From NCBI GenBank assembly GCA_965249575.1, contig OZ252244.1, positions 1,568,001 to 1,632,000 of the forward strand: a stretch of DNA of 64,000 nt. The letters are read 5' to 3'. The DNA comes from Gemmatimonadales bacterium. Lineage in GTDB: Bacteria; Gemmatimonadota; Gemmatimonadetes; Gemmatimonadales; GWC2-71-9. A program made the translations under genes and the position numbers. Below are positions 9,187-18,210 of this stretch, one piece after another. The notes under the pieces are model-generated. The model was not told the DNA's origin, ran no database searches, and saw only the letters and a program-made list of their open reading frames with translations. How positions within the stretch are numbered: the first letter of the stretch is position 1; the number at the start of each line of letters is the position of its first letter.

Positions 9187-10257
9187 TCAGTAGACGTGGA
9201 ACCAGCCGCGACTAAGCCTGATTCCCCCCTTCGGGGCGGACAGCTGAGCCCGCCGCACCGCGCAGCTCGAGTACTGGACGACTGGAGTGCTGGCCACCGT
9301 GTGGTGCCGAAAATTGGCAGTTCGCGCGACAACACCTCCCACGAATAGCCCCCCGGTTCCGCTCGTGGATGCGCCCCCGCGAACCAAAACCACGCCCACG
9401 AATCGAAAGCCTCCCTCGACGGCGAGATTGCCATCTACTAGGAGAACGCCCTGCCCATTCCCTCCGCGCAGGATCACGTCCCCGCTCACCAGTACGATGG
9501 GGAAGTATCGTCCGCACTCACCCCGAGCCGCCGGGTTCCCCCAATTGAGGGGAGCTGTCTCGATGCACTTCCCCCCGGTCTCTACTGGGCCGATGCCCGC
9601 GTAGGTGCCACCCCCGACGGTCTTGGTGGCCAGCACGACCAACTCACGCCACCTAGCATCTCCTACTGTTATCGGCGTGCTCGACAGGGAATCGACGACG
9701 AAGGGTGGGCTCCCGCGAAGGCAGGTCAGGCCGGGACAAAGAGGCATTTGGAGACGCGCGGTATCCAGCGCGGCGGTCCTGAGCGCGGGAATTGACGGCA
9801 GGAGTGGCGGGCAGCCTAGCCAGCCCCCCGGTGCAACATCATGGCCGCTCACGCCGGCAGTACCGAGCGTGGTTGCTTCCACGGTCGTGAGCGCGGCGTG
9901 CACGCCCAAGTCGAGCGTCTCGATCTGTGCCAGTAGTCCGACCTCTCGCCGCGCCGTGCTATCGCTGTTGAATCCCTCGGCCCTTATGAGATAAAGCCGA
10001 CGATTGAGCCGCCTAACCGACCCCCTATACCAACCCGAGTTGCTCGGTAGAACTACTCGCCCGATCGAGGTCTCGAGTCCCGGTGCGATCATGCCGTACT
10101 GGACGGCGTCCCATTCGTCGAGTATCCGCTCGACGCCAGCGTCCGCCGCATCAAGGGCCTGCCGCGATGCCACCGAGCTTCGCCCCATGCGCTGTTCCTG
10201 CACGGCAAGCCAGAAAACCGCAGAAACCAGGCCAGCCAGAATCAGCATCCCAAGCAC
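9187..10257 (-). CDS. PilX-like minor pilin (true start lies upstream of the ORF call)
   Basis: The in-frame upstream sequence reads PPG|FALGAVVLGMLIL, a type III signal without E5; QALDAADAG; C-terminal GxLxVxG beta-helix-like repeats. Confidence 0.75.
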   Translation of the reverse strand: MLGMLILAGLVSAVFWLAVQEQRMGRSSVASRQALDAADAGVERILDEWDAVQYGMIAPGLETSIGRVVLPSNSGWYRGSVRRLNRRLYLIRAEGFNSDSTARREVGLLAQIETLDLGVHAALTTVEATTLGTAGVSGHDVAPGGWLGCPPLLPSIPALRTAALDTARLQMPLCPGLTCLRGSPPFVVDSLSSTPITVGDARWRELVVLATKTVGGGTYAGIGPVETGGKCIETAPLNWGNPAARGECGRYFPIVLVSGDVILRGGNGQGVLLVDGNLAVEGGFRFVGVVLVRGGASTSGTGGLFVGGVVARTANFRHHTVASTPVVQYSSCAVRRAQLSAPKGGIRLSRGWFHVY

Positions 10258-10397
10258 GACCGCCCCCAGCGCAAATCCCGGAGGGCCGGCGGTCAGGCTC
10301 GCGGGATGAGCGCGGACCGCCGCGTGCGAAGTGGTCGGTGGAGGCGTGGTCGGACGCCTGCGGGACGGGTTCCGCGCCCCCGTTCGGATGCGATGGG

Positions 10398-11264
10398 TCA
10401 GGGGCGGGCGTTCCTCGGCGCGATTTGCTCGTGGAGGGTGAACGTCGAAAACGCCAGTATACCCGATAGGCCGCGGATTGGGACCGAAGATCGCCCGCTG
10501 ACAGTCACCCCCACCCGTGCGACGGATGCGGGGCTTGTGGCGGGAATACCTAGTCGGTCGAAATACTGAAAGCGGAGTCCCCTAGCGGTCACAGGCCCGA
10601 CCAGGGGTTGCCGGCGGCTCCAATTGCCTGGCGCGGATTGAGTCTGCAAGCCGATCCACTGATCTCCCCACGCGTCTGTGTACACGGAGAGCTTGGTTCG
10701 GACCCGCAAGCGAACCGGGGCCCCGTCGAGCACGCGACCGAGCTCTGAACCGCCCAGGCCGCCAAGCACGAGCAGGACGCTGGGCTCGCCGCGAGGGCAC
10801 CCACGCCCGCCGCGAACATCTGCGATCGAGGCCCGAAGCCAGCGTCCTGCCGGGAAGCCGGCGGAGTCGTTCTCCGCGAACAGGAGGACGCCGTGCACTC
10901 CCGGGTCAGGACTGCCGAATCCCAGGGCGGTGCCGCGCGCCGCGAGAGTCACTTTCCGTGCCGCCAATTCAGGGGGAGTGCATAGGTGAAGGACACCGCG
11001 TGCGGCCTCGTAGCTGATCGAATGCGGGGTCATGTCGATGATGTCGCCGGCGGTGGGATCGGTACCCAGCTCGCGAAGCTCGAATCGCAAGACCGCCAAA
11101 GCGGCTCGTACGTTCTGGGCCATCGCGAGCCGTTCGGATTGGTTGCGATACGCTCTCTGATGGCCCGCCAACATTCTCGCGGCAGCCGTCGCGACCAAGG
11201 CCACAAGCGCCAAGGCGACCACCAGCTCCACCGCGCTGAAGCCTCCAGTCACGAATCGCTTCAC
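10398..11264 (-). CDS. PilW-like minor pilin
   Basis: G|FSAVELVVALAL prepilin motif; QNVRAAL..LRFELRELG; terminal PRN. Confidence 0.8.
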   Translation of the reverse strand: MKRFVTGGFSAVELVVALALVALVATAAARMLAGHQRAYRNQSERLAMAQNVRAALAVLRFELRELGTDPTAGDIIDMTPHSISYEAARGVLHLCTPPELAARKVTLAARGTALGFGSPDPGVHGVLLFAENDSAGFPAGRWLRASIADVRGGRGCPRGEPSVLLVLGGLGGSELGRVLDGAPVRLRVRTKLSVYTDAWGDQWIGLQTQSAPGNWSRRQPLVGPVTARGLRFQYFDRLGIPATSPASVARVGVTVSGRSSVPIRGLSGILAFSTFTLHEQIAPRNARP

Positions 11265-11620
11265 GGATCACACCCAATGTCGGTTACGAATCGATCGACC
11301 CGTCGTGCCCCCGCCGTGGGGGACGTAACTGATACCGAGACACGGGCTCGCCGGCCGCCCACGCGTGCAGACGTCCACGAGAGCGAGTAGCGACCTCGGA
11401 CCTCAAACCCCTGATCCACCCGGGAGCACCCACCCGCTCGCAGTGTCTCGACGCGCGCGGCGGCCAGGGAGGCCACCTCCGTGAAGCGCCTTCCCTGTCC
11501 GATCATCAGATAAGTGAGTCCAAAACCGTGGGCGAGCCCGACGAGTCCGACGCCGAGAACCGTGATCGCGACCAACACCTCAATCAGGGAAAGGCCGGCC
11601 CGGCCACCGACGCTACGCAC
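11261..11620 (-). CDS. PilV-like minor pilin
   Basis: G|LSLIEVLVAITVLGVG prepilin motif; AAGGAGG RBS. Confidence 0.85.
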   Translation of the reverse strand: MRSVGGRAGLSLIEVLVAITVLGVGLVGLAHGFGLTYLMIGQGRRFTEVASLAAARVETLRAGGCSRVDQGFEVRGRYSLSWTSARVGGRRARVSVSVTSPTAGARRVDRFVTDIGCDP

Positions 11621-11715
11621 CTCATGCCTCCTTCGACTCGACAGGCTGCCGAAGGTAGGCCGACTCAGCGGTTCGAGGGCTACCTTTTCTTGTTCAGCGG
11701 GGCGGAATTGCGCGG

Positions 11716-11744
11716 CCTAAGTCGTCGTGCGGGATGTCCTCACG
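11716..11744. promoter_or_regulatory. 29-bp dyad motif, copy 3
   Basis: cctaag-tcgtcg-tgcgg-gatgtc-ctcacg, upstream of the minor pilin genes. Confidence 0.35.
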
Positions 11745-12129
11745 CACACTTGGGCACGCCTTCCTTGATCGCGGGGGGTAGCGGGGCCGCACTCCCTACG
11801 TAGATGACGCATTGCTTGAGGGTCTGCGTGTGCGAGGCTGTGCCCTGCCATCCGCTCGGAGTTGCTCCGGAGAGAGCCACCGCGACACCGGTCGAAGCCA
11901 CGTAGAAGAGGCTCGCGGACGGTATGGCTCCGCCGTAATACGCCTGATTGTCGTACTGGTAGGATTCCTGTGCGGTCGCGAGGTTCCGGAGATCCGACTT
12001 CATCGTGGACAGGTACGCCTGTTCCTTGCTGCTCGCGAATTTCGGGATCGCGATCGCCGCGAGGATGCCAAGGATGACCACCACGATAAGGAGTTCGATG
12101 AGCGTGAAGCCGTCTCGTCGCGAGCGCAT
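11740..12129 (-). CDS. Type IV pilin (second paralogue)
   Basis: MRSRRDG|FTLIELLIVVVILGILAAIAIPKF; C-terminal Cys pair; start trimmed to ATG 12129. Confidence 0.93.
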   Translation of the reverse strand: MRSRRDGFTLIELLIVVVILGILAAIAIPKFASSKEQAYLSTMKSDLRNLATAQESYQYDNQAYYGGAIPSASLFYVASTGVAVALSGATPSGWQGTASHTQTLKQCVIYVGSAAPLPPAIKEGVPKCA

Positions 12130-12169
12130 ATCCCCATCCCGTAGGTGCAAGTGAAGTAGGTTGCGCGCC

Positions 12170-12206
12170 CCGGGGGTGACGGCGGCCGAAACCGCCACCA
12201 CCCCGG
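12170..12206 (-). other. GC-rich stem-loop between the two pilin genes
   Basis: Minus strand ccgggg-tg-gtggcggt-TTCG-gccgcc-gtca-cccccgg; no U-tract. Confidence 0.55.
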
Positions 12207-12221
12207 TACACGCAGGCTACA

Positions 12222-12596
12222 TCAGGTGCACTTAGGCGCACCTTCTTGGGTCGCAGGCGCCAAGGCAGTCGTACCCACGTAGATCGCGCAGGTCTTCGTG
12301 GTCAGGTTGTGACCGACCGACGCGGTGAAGCCATCGGCCGTAACGGTGATCGTCGGCGCGGTAACGCCGCTCGAGACCGTGTACACCGCAGCAGCCAGGG
12401 CGCTGGTATATGCGGTGTTGTCGGAGAAATAGTCCTCTTCAGCGGTGATGAGGTTCCGGAGGTTGGACTTCATCGTCGTGAGATAAGCCTTCTCCTTCGT
12501 GTTGGCGAACTTCGGAATCGCGATGGCGGCCAAAATACCAATAATGACCACGACGATCAGAAGCTCGATCAGGGTGAAGCCCTTGCGGTTCAACAT
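12222..12596 (-). CDS. pilA: Major type IV pilin
   Basis: MLNRKG|FTLIELLIVVVIIGILAAIAIPKF; strong AGGAGGA RBS; sigma54 promoter upstream. Confidence 0.93.
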   Translation of the reverse strand: MLNRKGFTLIELLIVVVIIGILAAIAIPKFANTKEKAYLTTMKSNLRNLITAEEDYFSDNTAYTSALAAAVYTVSSGVTAPTITVTADGFTASVGHNLTTKTCAIYVGTTALAPATQEGAPKCT

Positions 12597-12678
12597 TGCT
12601 CCTCCTGCTTTAAGTGAACGACTCCAACTACGTTGCTGCCGAGCCTCTGACGGGAAGAGGCCGCCGGCAACACCCTGA

Positions 12679-12694
12679 AGCAAGCGCTGTGCCC
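12679..12694 (-). promoter_or_regulatory. sigma54 -24/-12 promoter of pilA
   Basis: GGGCACAGCGCTTGCT (GG-N10-GC); cognate activator PilR is in the locus. Confidence 0.75.
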
Positions 12695-12710
12695 TGCCCT
12701 GATCCTGCAG

Positions 12711-12739
12711 CGTAACCAACTGATAATTATAGGATTACA
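12711..12739. promoter_or_regulatory. 29-bp dyad motif, copy 4, containing an IHF consensus
   Basis: cgtaac-caactg-ataat-tatagg-attaca; minus strand TATCAGttggTTA matches WATCARnnnnTTR. Confidence 0.6.
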
Positions 12740-12835
12740 TTGTCGCGAGCGGCCGGGCACCCTGCTCATTTTCACCCCTCAAGGCCGCTTAATGCAAGGC
12801 CTTTCGGAAGTCGCAAGACCCTGGGCGATGGTCCC

Positions 12836-12864
12836 CGCAAGCCGTTGTAGACAAAAACCTTACG
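12836..12864. promoter_or_regulatory. 29-bp dyad motif, copy 5
   Basis: cgcaag-ccgttg-tagac-aaaaac-cttacg. Confidence 0.5.
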
Positions 12865-12869
12865 GCCGA

Positions 12870-14726
12870 TCAAGCTCGATTCCGGTGGCCGGCACTGCCG
12901 TCGCAGGCCAGGAATGCCGCCTCCCAGCGCTCAGCTCGGCCCGGGCCGAGCGAAGGGGTGAGGATCCGCAGGGTCGGCCGCGCGATCTCGATCTCGGGAC
13001 AGTGCGTCACTGAGGGTGGGGATGCGGCAAGATCTGCCGACAGCGAGTCCAATCGATCGATCGCCTCGATCGGTCTGCCTATCAGCCACGCAAGCCTGGC
13101 CTCGGCGAGTAGGCGCCGCCATTCCTCCGCGTCCGTCGCGCGCAGGGCACCGACGAGTGTTTCGGCGGCGGCTACACTGGCCGGAGCACGCTGGACCCCC
13201 TCGAGTGACGTCCTCACAGCTGCGCCGCCGAGGCCGTTGCTGAGCTGGGCCTGCACCAGAGACCGCGCCACCACCGGTTCGCGCGGCGCGATTTCATAGG
13301 CTCGCTCGCTTGCAGCGAGGGCCACTCCACGACGTCCGACGGCGTCCGCCATTCGCGCGGCGAAAATGGGAACGAACGGATCCCGATCGAACAGAGCCCC
13401 CGACACCAGGTATTCGCTCAGGGCCCGCGTGGAGTCCCCCGCGCGGGCGATCAGATCCCCCAGCAGCAGCCGGGCGCGATAGCTCTCTGGGTGATCCGTG
13501 GCTTCTTCGATGACCGGTGTGATGGGATCGCGCCAGAACGGAGTGCGGGTGACGGTCCTGCCACCGAACACGACCGAGACGACAACGAGCGAGCCGACAG
13601 CCAGGCGCACGTGCCGCTCTTGCGATACCCTCGAGAGGAGCCATCCCGCCGCCAAGGCGGGAAAGAGTACCGGCAGGTAGAGCGCCCGCTCCGCGAGCAC
13701 CACCCCCGAGGCAAACATCAGATTCGACGTTGGCGCATAGCTTGCGGCTGCGACCAGTATTCCAAAGCTCACCGCAGGCGCGCGGCGGTAGGCGGCAAGG
13801 CCCAGCCCGACAACGGCGGACACCATGACAAGACCCAGGGCGGCGATCGCCGTGAAACTCGTCCGAAACGGAATGACCTGGGGGTTGTAATCCGACGAGA
13901 GATCCATCGGCCAGATCAAGAGACGGATAACGTCCAGTTGAACCGGGAGCATCATCGCGGCCCGCTCGAGGACCGTCAGGTCATAGAAGACCGCCGTGGC
14001 GCCGGTCCCAACGAACCCGCCAACGATCGCCCGCCAAAGAAACAGCCAGGCTGCGGTGACCGCCAACGCTCCGGCGTACAGGGACCCCATCGCGCTCCGG
14101 CGCGCCGGCTCCGGATCGAAGAAGTGGTCGAGCCCGAGGATCACTACCGCGATCGCGGCATGCTCCTTTGCCAGCAGTGCGATGGTGACCGTCAGTAGCG
14201 ATCCGACAAACCAGAGGCGGGATCGCAGTCCGGGGTCGGAGCGGCGGTATTGCCGCGCCATGAGCACGGCGCCAAGCAGCGCGGCGGCCGCCAAGATTTC
14301 GGCGCGCCCGACCACGTTGGAGACCGCCTCGACATGAACCGGGTGCACAGCGAAAATCAACCCAGCGGCGGCCGCACCGACACGCGGCAGCCACGCAAGC
14401 GCCACGAGAACGACCAGCGCCGTTGTTCCCGCGTGCAGCACGACATTCGTGAGGTGGAATACCCATACTTCGCCTCCCCCGATCACCCAATCGATCGCGT
14501 ATGACAAGACGATCAGGGGCCGATAGAGGCCGGCCGCAACGAGCGGGGGGGGCCAATAGGGAGCAAACCAGTTCCCGAGCGCACCACCGAGCGAGTGAGC
14601 AGCCGCGTTGTCTCGAATGACGGCGAGGTCATCGCCGGCCCACCCGTTCGCGAGGGAGGCCGCAAACACGAGGCACGCCACCGCTACGGGGATCCAAATC
14701 GCCCGTTTCTGTGTCACGCGGGACAC
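12870..14726 (-). CDS. TMTC-like GT-C glycosyltransferase with C-terminal TPR-like region
   Basis: DD...YRPL...FHLTNVVLH...FAVHPVHVEAVSNVVGRAE...AKE...WPMDLSSDY...AERALYLP; start may be GTG 14717. Confidence 0.85.
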   Translation of the reverse strand: MSRVTQKRAIWIPVAVACLVFAASLANGWAGDDLAVIRDNAAAHSLGGALGNWFAPYWPPPLVAAGLYRPLIVLSYAIDWVIGGGEVWVFHLTNVVLHAGTTALVVLVALAWLPRVGAAAAGLIFAVHPVHVEAVSNVVGRAEILAAAALLGAVLMARQYRRSDPGLRSRLWFVGSLLTVTIALLAKEHAAIAVVILGLDHFFDPEPARRSAMGSLYAGALAVTAAWLFLWRAIVGGFVGTGATAVFYDLTVLERAAMMLPVQLDVIRLLIWPMDLSSDYNPQVIPFRTSFTAIAALGLVMVSAVVGLGLAAYRRAPAVSFGILVAAASYAPTSNLMFASGVVLAERALYLPVLFPALAAGWLLSRVSQERHVRLAVGSLVVVSVVFGGRTVTRTPFWRDPITPVIEEATDHPESYRARLLLGDLIARAGDSTRALSEYLVSGALFDRDPFVPIFAARMADAVGRRGVALAASERAYEIAPREPVVARSLVQAQLSNGLGGAAVRTSLEGVQRAPASVAAAETLVGALRATDAEEWRRLLAEARLAWLIGRPIEAIDRLDSLSADLAASPPSVTHCPEIEIARPTLRILTPSLGPGRAERWEAAFLACDGSAGHRNRA

Positions 14727-16216
14727 TCAAAGCGATACAGCGCGGGCCCGTCGGCGAGCTCGAACATTAGGACCAATGGCGATGGGTCGTCGGCGGCGAG
14801 CGCGTTGACGAGCGGTGCCGCCTCGGTGTCGGGCCCGGTCAGCAGGACATGGGTAACGCCGCTCGCGCAAAAGTATTCCAGCGTAGTCGGCCGACCCAAT
14901 GGCTCGGTGTCACGGCCGTGCCACCTGAAGAGGTAGCTCGGCACGGTCAAGCGGCCCGTATACAGGTGGAACAACGCCTCGCCCTCCGAGGCGATCACGG
15001 CGTCAGAGGGCGTTGAGTTCGCAACCGCCGAGACGGTCCACCGGAGAGGATCGCTGATACCCACCGACGTCTGCGCGAACCCGCGCTCGATCAGCGACAC
15101 AGCTTGCCGCCTTCCAAAGCCGAACGCGAGCGCGAGAATCAGAATGCCGACGAACGCCCTCCCGGCGGTTCCCCACCGCCACGCAGCCCCCGCACCACGG
15201 GCGCCCAGCAGGAAGACCCACGGCACGACGATCCACATGAAACGATCGGGTGCGAAGGGCCACAGGGTGACCGCCAACACATAGAAACCAAGCGACCAAA
15301 CCAAAGCGGGCGCGTTTCGGAAGAGCGTACGTGCCCCCAGGGCGACGGCTCCGAACAGCCCTAGGGCAAGCGGAGCGGTTACCCAGACGGGCGCCGCCGG
15401 CAACGTGAGTCTCGCGATTGGCCCGAGGCCTCTCAGGTCCAATCCGGCAGCAAAGGCGCCGATGCCGGCTTGCCGGGCCTCGGTGAAGTAGCTGCCGTAG
15501 TTTGCCGCGATCGGAGGCTCGACTTCGCCCGCGTGAAGCGCGAGCCAGACAAGCCATGGAGTGACGACGGCCATTGCGGTGCCCGCGGCGGCGGCGGCGG
15601 CCCGCTTCTGTCCGCGCATCCACAAGGCCAGGGTGACTCCGGTTACGACTGCGACACCAATACTGCGAGTGAGCATCGCGGCCCCAGCGAGCACTCCAAC
15701 GAGAACTGCGGACGGGAGCGTCACTCTTTCGCGATCGGCGAATGCCACCGCCGAAGCCCCGAGTAGCAGGAAGAGCGCCTCCGAAAACCGGACTCCAACC
15801 ACGGTGAGCAACGGAAAGGCGGTGAACCCGATGGCAAGCACAAGGTGCCCGCCGACGGACTCGACACCACAGCGCCGTGCATGGCTTGCGATGACCCAAG
15901 CCGCTCCCCCCAGGACGGCGGAGTCGAAGATCTGAAACAGAACGACATTGTCCGGGAACGCCGGCCAGAGACGCCAGAGGAGGCTGAGCGCCGCTGGATA
16001 CAAGAACGGGTAATGGAGACCTGGAGGCGCCCCCGGCAGGTGGGGGTAGCGGTATCCGCTGCCTTCGGCCATTGCCTTGGCCAGCGCGACGTAGACCCCG
16101 TCGTCGAAGAACACGCCTACCAGACTGTCGGTCTGCGCCCAGAGCGCGATGAGAAACACGCCGAGTGCAAGGAACTGCGGCCACTCGGCGGGCACCCGAG
16201 ACGAAAGCAGCCTCAC
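14714..16216 (-). CDS. GT-C (ArnT/PMT-like) membrane glycosyltransferase
   Basis: FFDDGVY in the first loop, YPFLYP, SE motif, multiple TMs. Confidence 0.78.
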   Translation of the reverse strand: MRLLSSRVPAEWPQFLALGVFLIALWAQTDSLVGVFFDDGVYVALAKAMAEGSGYRYPHLPGAPPGLHYPFLYPAALSLLWRLWPAFPDNVVLFQIFDSAVLGGAAWVIASHARRCGVESVGGHLVLAIGFTAFPLLTVVGVRFSEALFLLLGASAVAFADRERVTLPSAVLVGVLAGAAMLTRSIGVAVVTGVTLALWMRGQKRAAAAAAGTAMAVVTPWLVWLALHAGEVEPPIAANYGSYFTEARQAGIGAFAAGLDLRGLGPIARLTLPAAPVWVTAPLALGLFGAVALGARTLFRNAPALVWSLGFYVLAVTLWPFAPDRFMWIVVPWVFLLGARGAGAAWRWGTAGRAFVGILILALAFGFGRRQAVSLIERGFAQTSVGISDPLRWTVSAVANSTPSDAVIASEGEALFHLYTGRLTVPSYLFRWHGRDTEPLGRPTTLEYFCASGVTHVLLTGPDTEAAPLVNALAADDPSPLVLMFELADGPALYRFECPA

Positions 16217-18210
16217 GGCGCTGCGCCCACGACGCCCGGTGTCCTACCCACCCGTGTCAGCCTGGGGAGGGAATCCGGGTGAGCGGAGCCGGGGGTCCAC
16301 CGATACACCTCGCGATCGGGATATTGCTCGAGCAAGCCGGCGTTCCGGTCGAATAGATTTCGAGCCCACACGTTCCCCGACTCGAGATCCACCGGGTTTC
16401 GCCAGGCGAGATTGCCGTAGACCGTAAAACCAGCCAGGTCCCGCTGAAGCTCCGTCTGGCACGTTGGAGGCAAGGTCCGATCGGTTCGCAGCCGGAGCGA
16501 TGGATCCGGTGCCCCGGGCACGCGGGGCGTTGCCGGCACTGCGTCTTGGGTCGCCCGCTCGAGCTGGCTGTTGAGTTCGACGGCGGTCATGCTGTTGGCC
16601 CGGGCGTCACGTGCCAGGCCGTCCAGGTCGCAGAGGTCAACGCGCCTGTAGGCTCGCTCCACCAAGCCGGGTAGAGCCCCAAGGGCCCACAACTCGGCGA
16701 CCACCCGGCTGCCCCAACTCTCGTCGACGAGGACTAGGGCGCGGCCGGCGCCGGCTTCCTCGAGGATCTGCTCCGGGTGAAGTTTGAACGACGGGAGACT
16801 GCCGCGGTAGCTCGCAAACCTAGCCGGCACAAAGCTCAACCATCCCCAAACCAGCACGATGACGGCGGCGGCGATCAGACTCGCATCTGCGTGGAGGAGG
16901 TGGGAATCGGCCCGCCACGCCAGCCGTCGGGCCCAGCGCCATCCCCGCGCGGTTGCGATCGCCAAAAAGGGGACGGCCACGTAGTAGAAGCGGGGTCCCA
17001 GGTAGAACCCGGAATGCCAGTAGAGGGCGTACAGGACTGGAGCGGCGGCTACGCCGATCGCGACGACGAGATCGGCCGGATGGCGGTGCTTCGCCACCAG
17101 CGCCCACACCGCGAGTGGCAGCAGCGCGGGTATGGGCCATTCGTATAGATAGATGTGCAATCGCTGAATGGCGACGGCCATGTTGCTGAGGGCAACCAGC
17201 GGTGTGTACGCTTCTCCGTACGGGTCGATGTGAAATCCGAGGCCATGTGCGGGGCCGTACAGTGTGGTATACCCCAGCAGCGCCGGGCTCCCATACAGGC
17301 GCCAGTTCACGAAACCCCAGGCACCAAGAATCGGCAGCGCTCCAATCGTTAACCAGAGCGCATGGCGCCAGCGGCTCCGCCATGCAATCCACGCACCGAT
17401 CGGCATGGCGGCGGCGACCGCATCGAGCGGACGAGTGGCGGCGAGTGCCGCCAGGGAACAGCCTGCGCCAAGCAGGTGTGCCACCCCCGGCTGCCGTGCT
17501 CCCCAAACGAACGCCCAGGCGCAAGGTGCGAGCGTGGCGGCGGCGACGTGGTTCATGTACGTGGCCGACATGAACATCACCCAGGCCGAGGCCGCCCATA
17601 GAAACGCTGCGACGCCTGCCGTCTTCGGACCGTAGAGTCCGCGCGCGAGCCAGTAGACGAGCGCGACGCTCACGCCCCCCAGCACCGGGTTCACGAGCCA
17701 CTCGGCACCCATGAGCCAGCCAAGGGCGAGCAGGACACTTTCCCCCGGCGGGAACTGCGATACCCATCCCGCGGGCGTGATCGAAGTCAACTGGAAGAGA
17801 AACGCCGCCTCTGGCTCCGGGACCGGCGCCGCCAGACGGCCCGACGCGAGAATCTTCGCCTGAAATAGTTGCGCGACCTCGTCGATCAGATGTGGATTGC
17901 GGGCGAAGGCGGCAACCATGGTGAAAGCGGCGAGTACTGTGAAGGCGGGCGGCAGAATGAAGGCGAGCGCGCGTGGTGACAGGCCCACTCGCAGGCGGGC
18001 GGTTGGAACAACCTGGCGGGCCAGGCGTCCCGCCAGGACCGCACCCACCAGCGTGAGTCCGATCCCGTATCCCCAAACAGCGACGTGCGGACCCCATGCC
18101 GCCGGACCCTGATCCGTCGCGCCAATCCACCGGGCCAGCGGAGCGGCGGGGAGGACGATGAGCGCCATGCCTATGGTGCGCCATGTCCACCGCGCCACCC
18201 CTTGGCTCAT
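16213..18210 (-). CDS. GT-C (ArnT/PMT-like) membrane glycosyltransferase
   Basis: [17 protein letters not shown] and GPRFY motifs; multiple TMs. Confidence 0.78.
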   Translation of the reverse strand: MSQGVARWTWRTIGMALIVLPAAPLARWIGATDQGPAAWGPHVAVWGYGIGLTLVGAVLAGRLARQVVPTARLRVGLSPRALAFILPPAFTVLAAFTMVAAFARNPHLIDEVAQLFQAKILASGRLAAPVPEPEAAFLFQLTSITPAGWVSQFPPGESVLLALGWLMGAEWLVNPVLGGVSVALVYWLARGLYGPKTAGVAAFLWAASAWVMFMSATYMNHVAAATLAPCAWAFVWGARQPGVAHLLGAGCSLAALAATRPLDAVAAAMPIGAWIAWRSRWRHALWLTIGALPILGAWGFVNWRLYGSPALLGYTTLYGPAHGLGFHIDPYGEAYTPLVALSNMAVAIQRLHIYLYEWPIPALLPLAVWALVAKHRHPADLVVAIGVAAAPVLYALYWHSGFYLGPRFYYVAVPFLAIATARGWRWARRLAWRADSHLLHADASLIAAAVIVLVWGWLSFVPARFASYRGSLPSFKLHPEQILEEAGAGRALVLVDESWGSRVVAELWALGALPGLVERAYRRVDLCDLDGLARDARANSMTAVELNSQLERATQDAVPATPRVPGAPDPSLRLRTDRTLPPTCQTELQRDLAGFTVYGNLAWRNPVDLESGNVWARNLFDRNAGLLEQYPDREVYRWTPGSAHPDSLPRLTRVGRTPGVVGAAP

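Noticed and set aside
11740..12596. Geobacter-type conductive (e-pilin) interpretation
   Set aside because: The pilins are about 120 aa with a full globular head and no notable aromatic density
12600..12680. Possible c-di-GMP riboswitch in the pilA leader
   Set aside because: A hairpin is present but the conserved GEMM features are not recognisable
16820..18190. 456-aa alternative-frame ORF (similarly 15003-16184 and 21183-22184)
   Set aside because: Arg/Gly/Pro-rich off-frame readings of real genes
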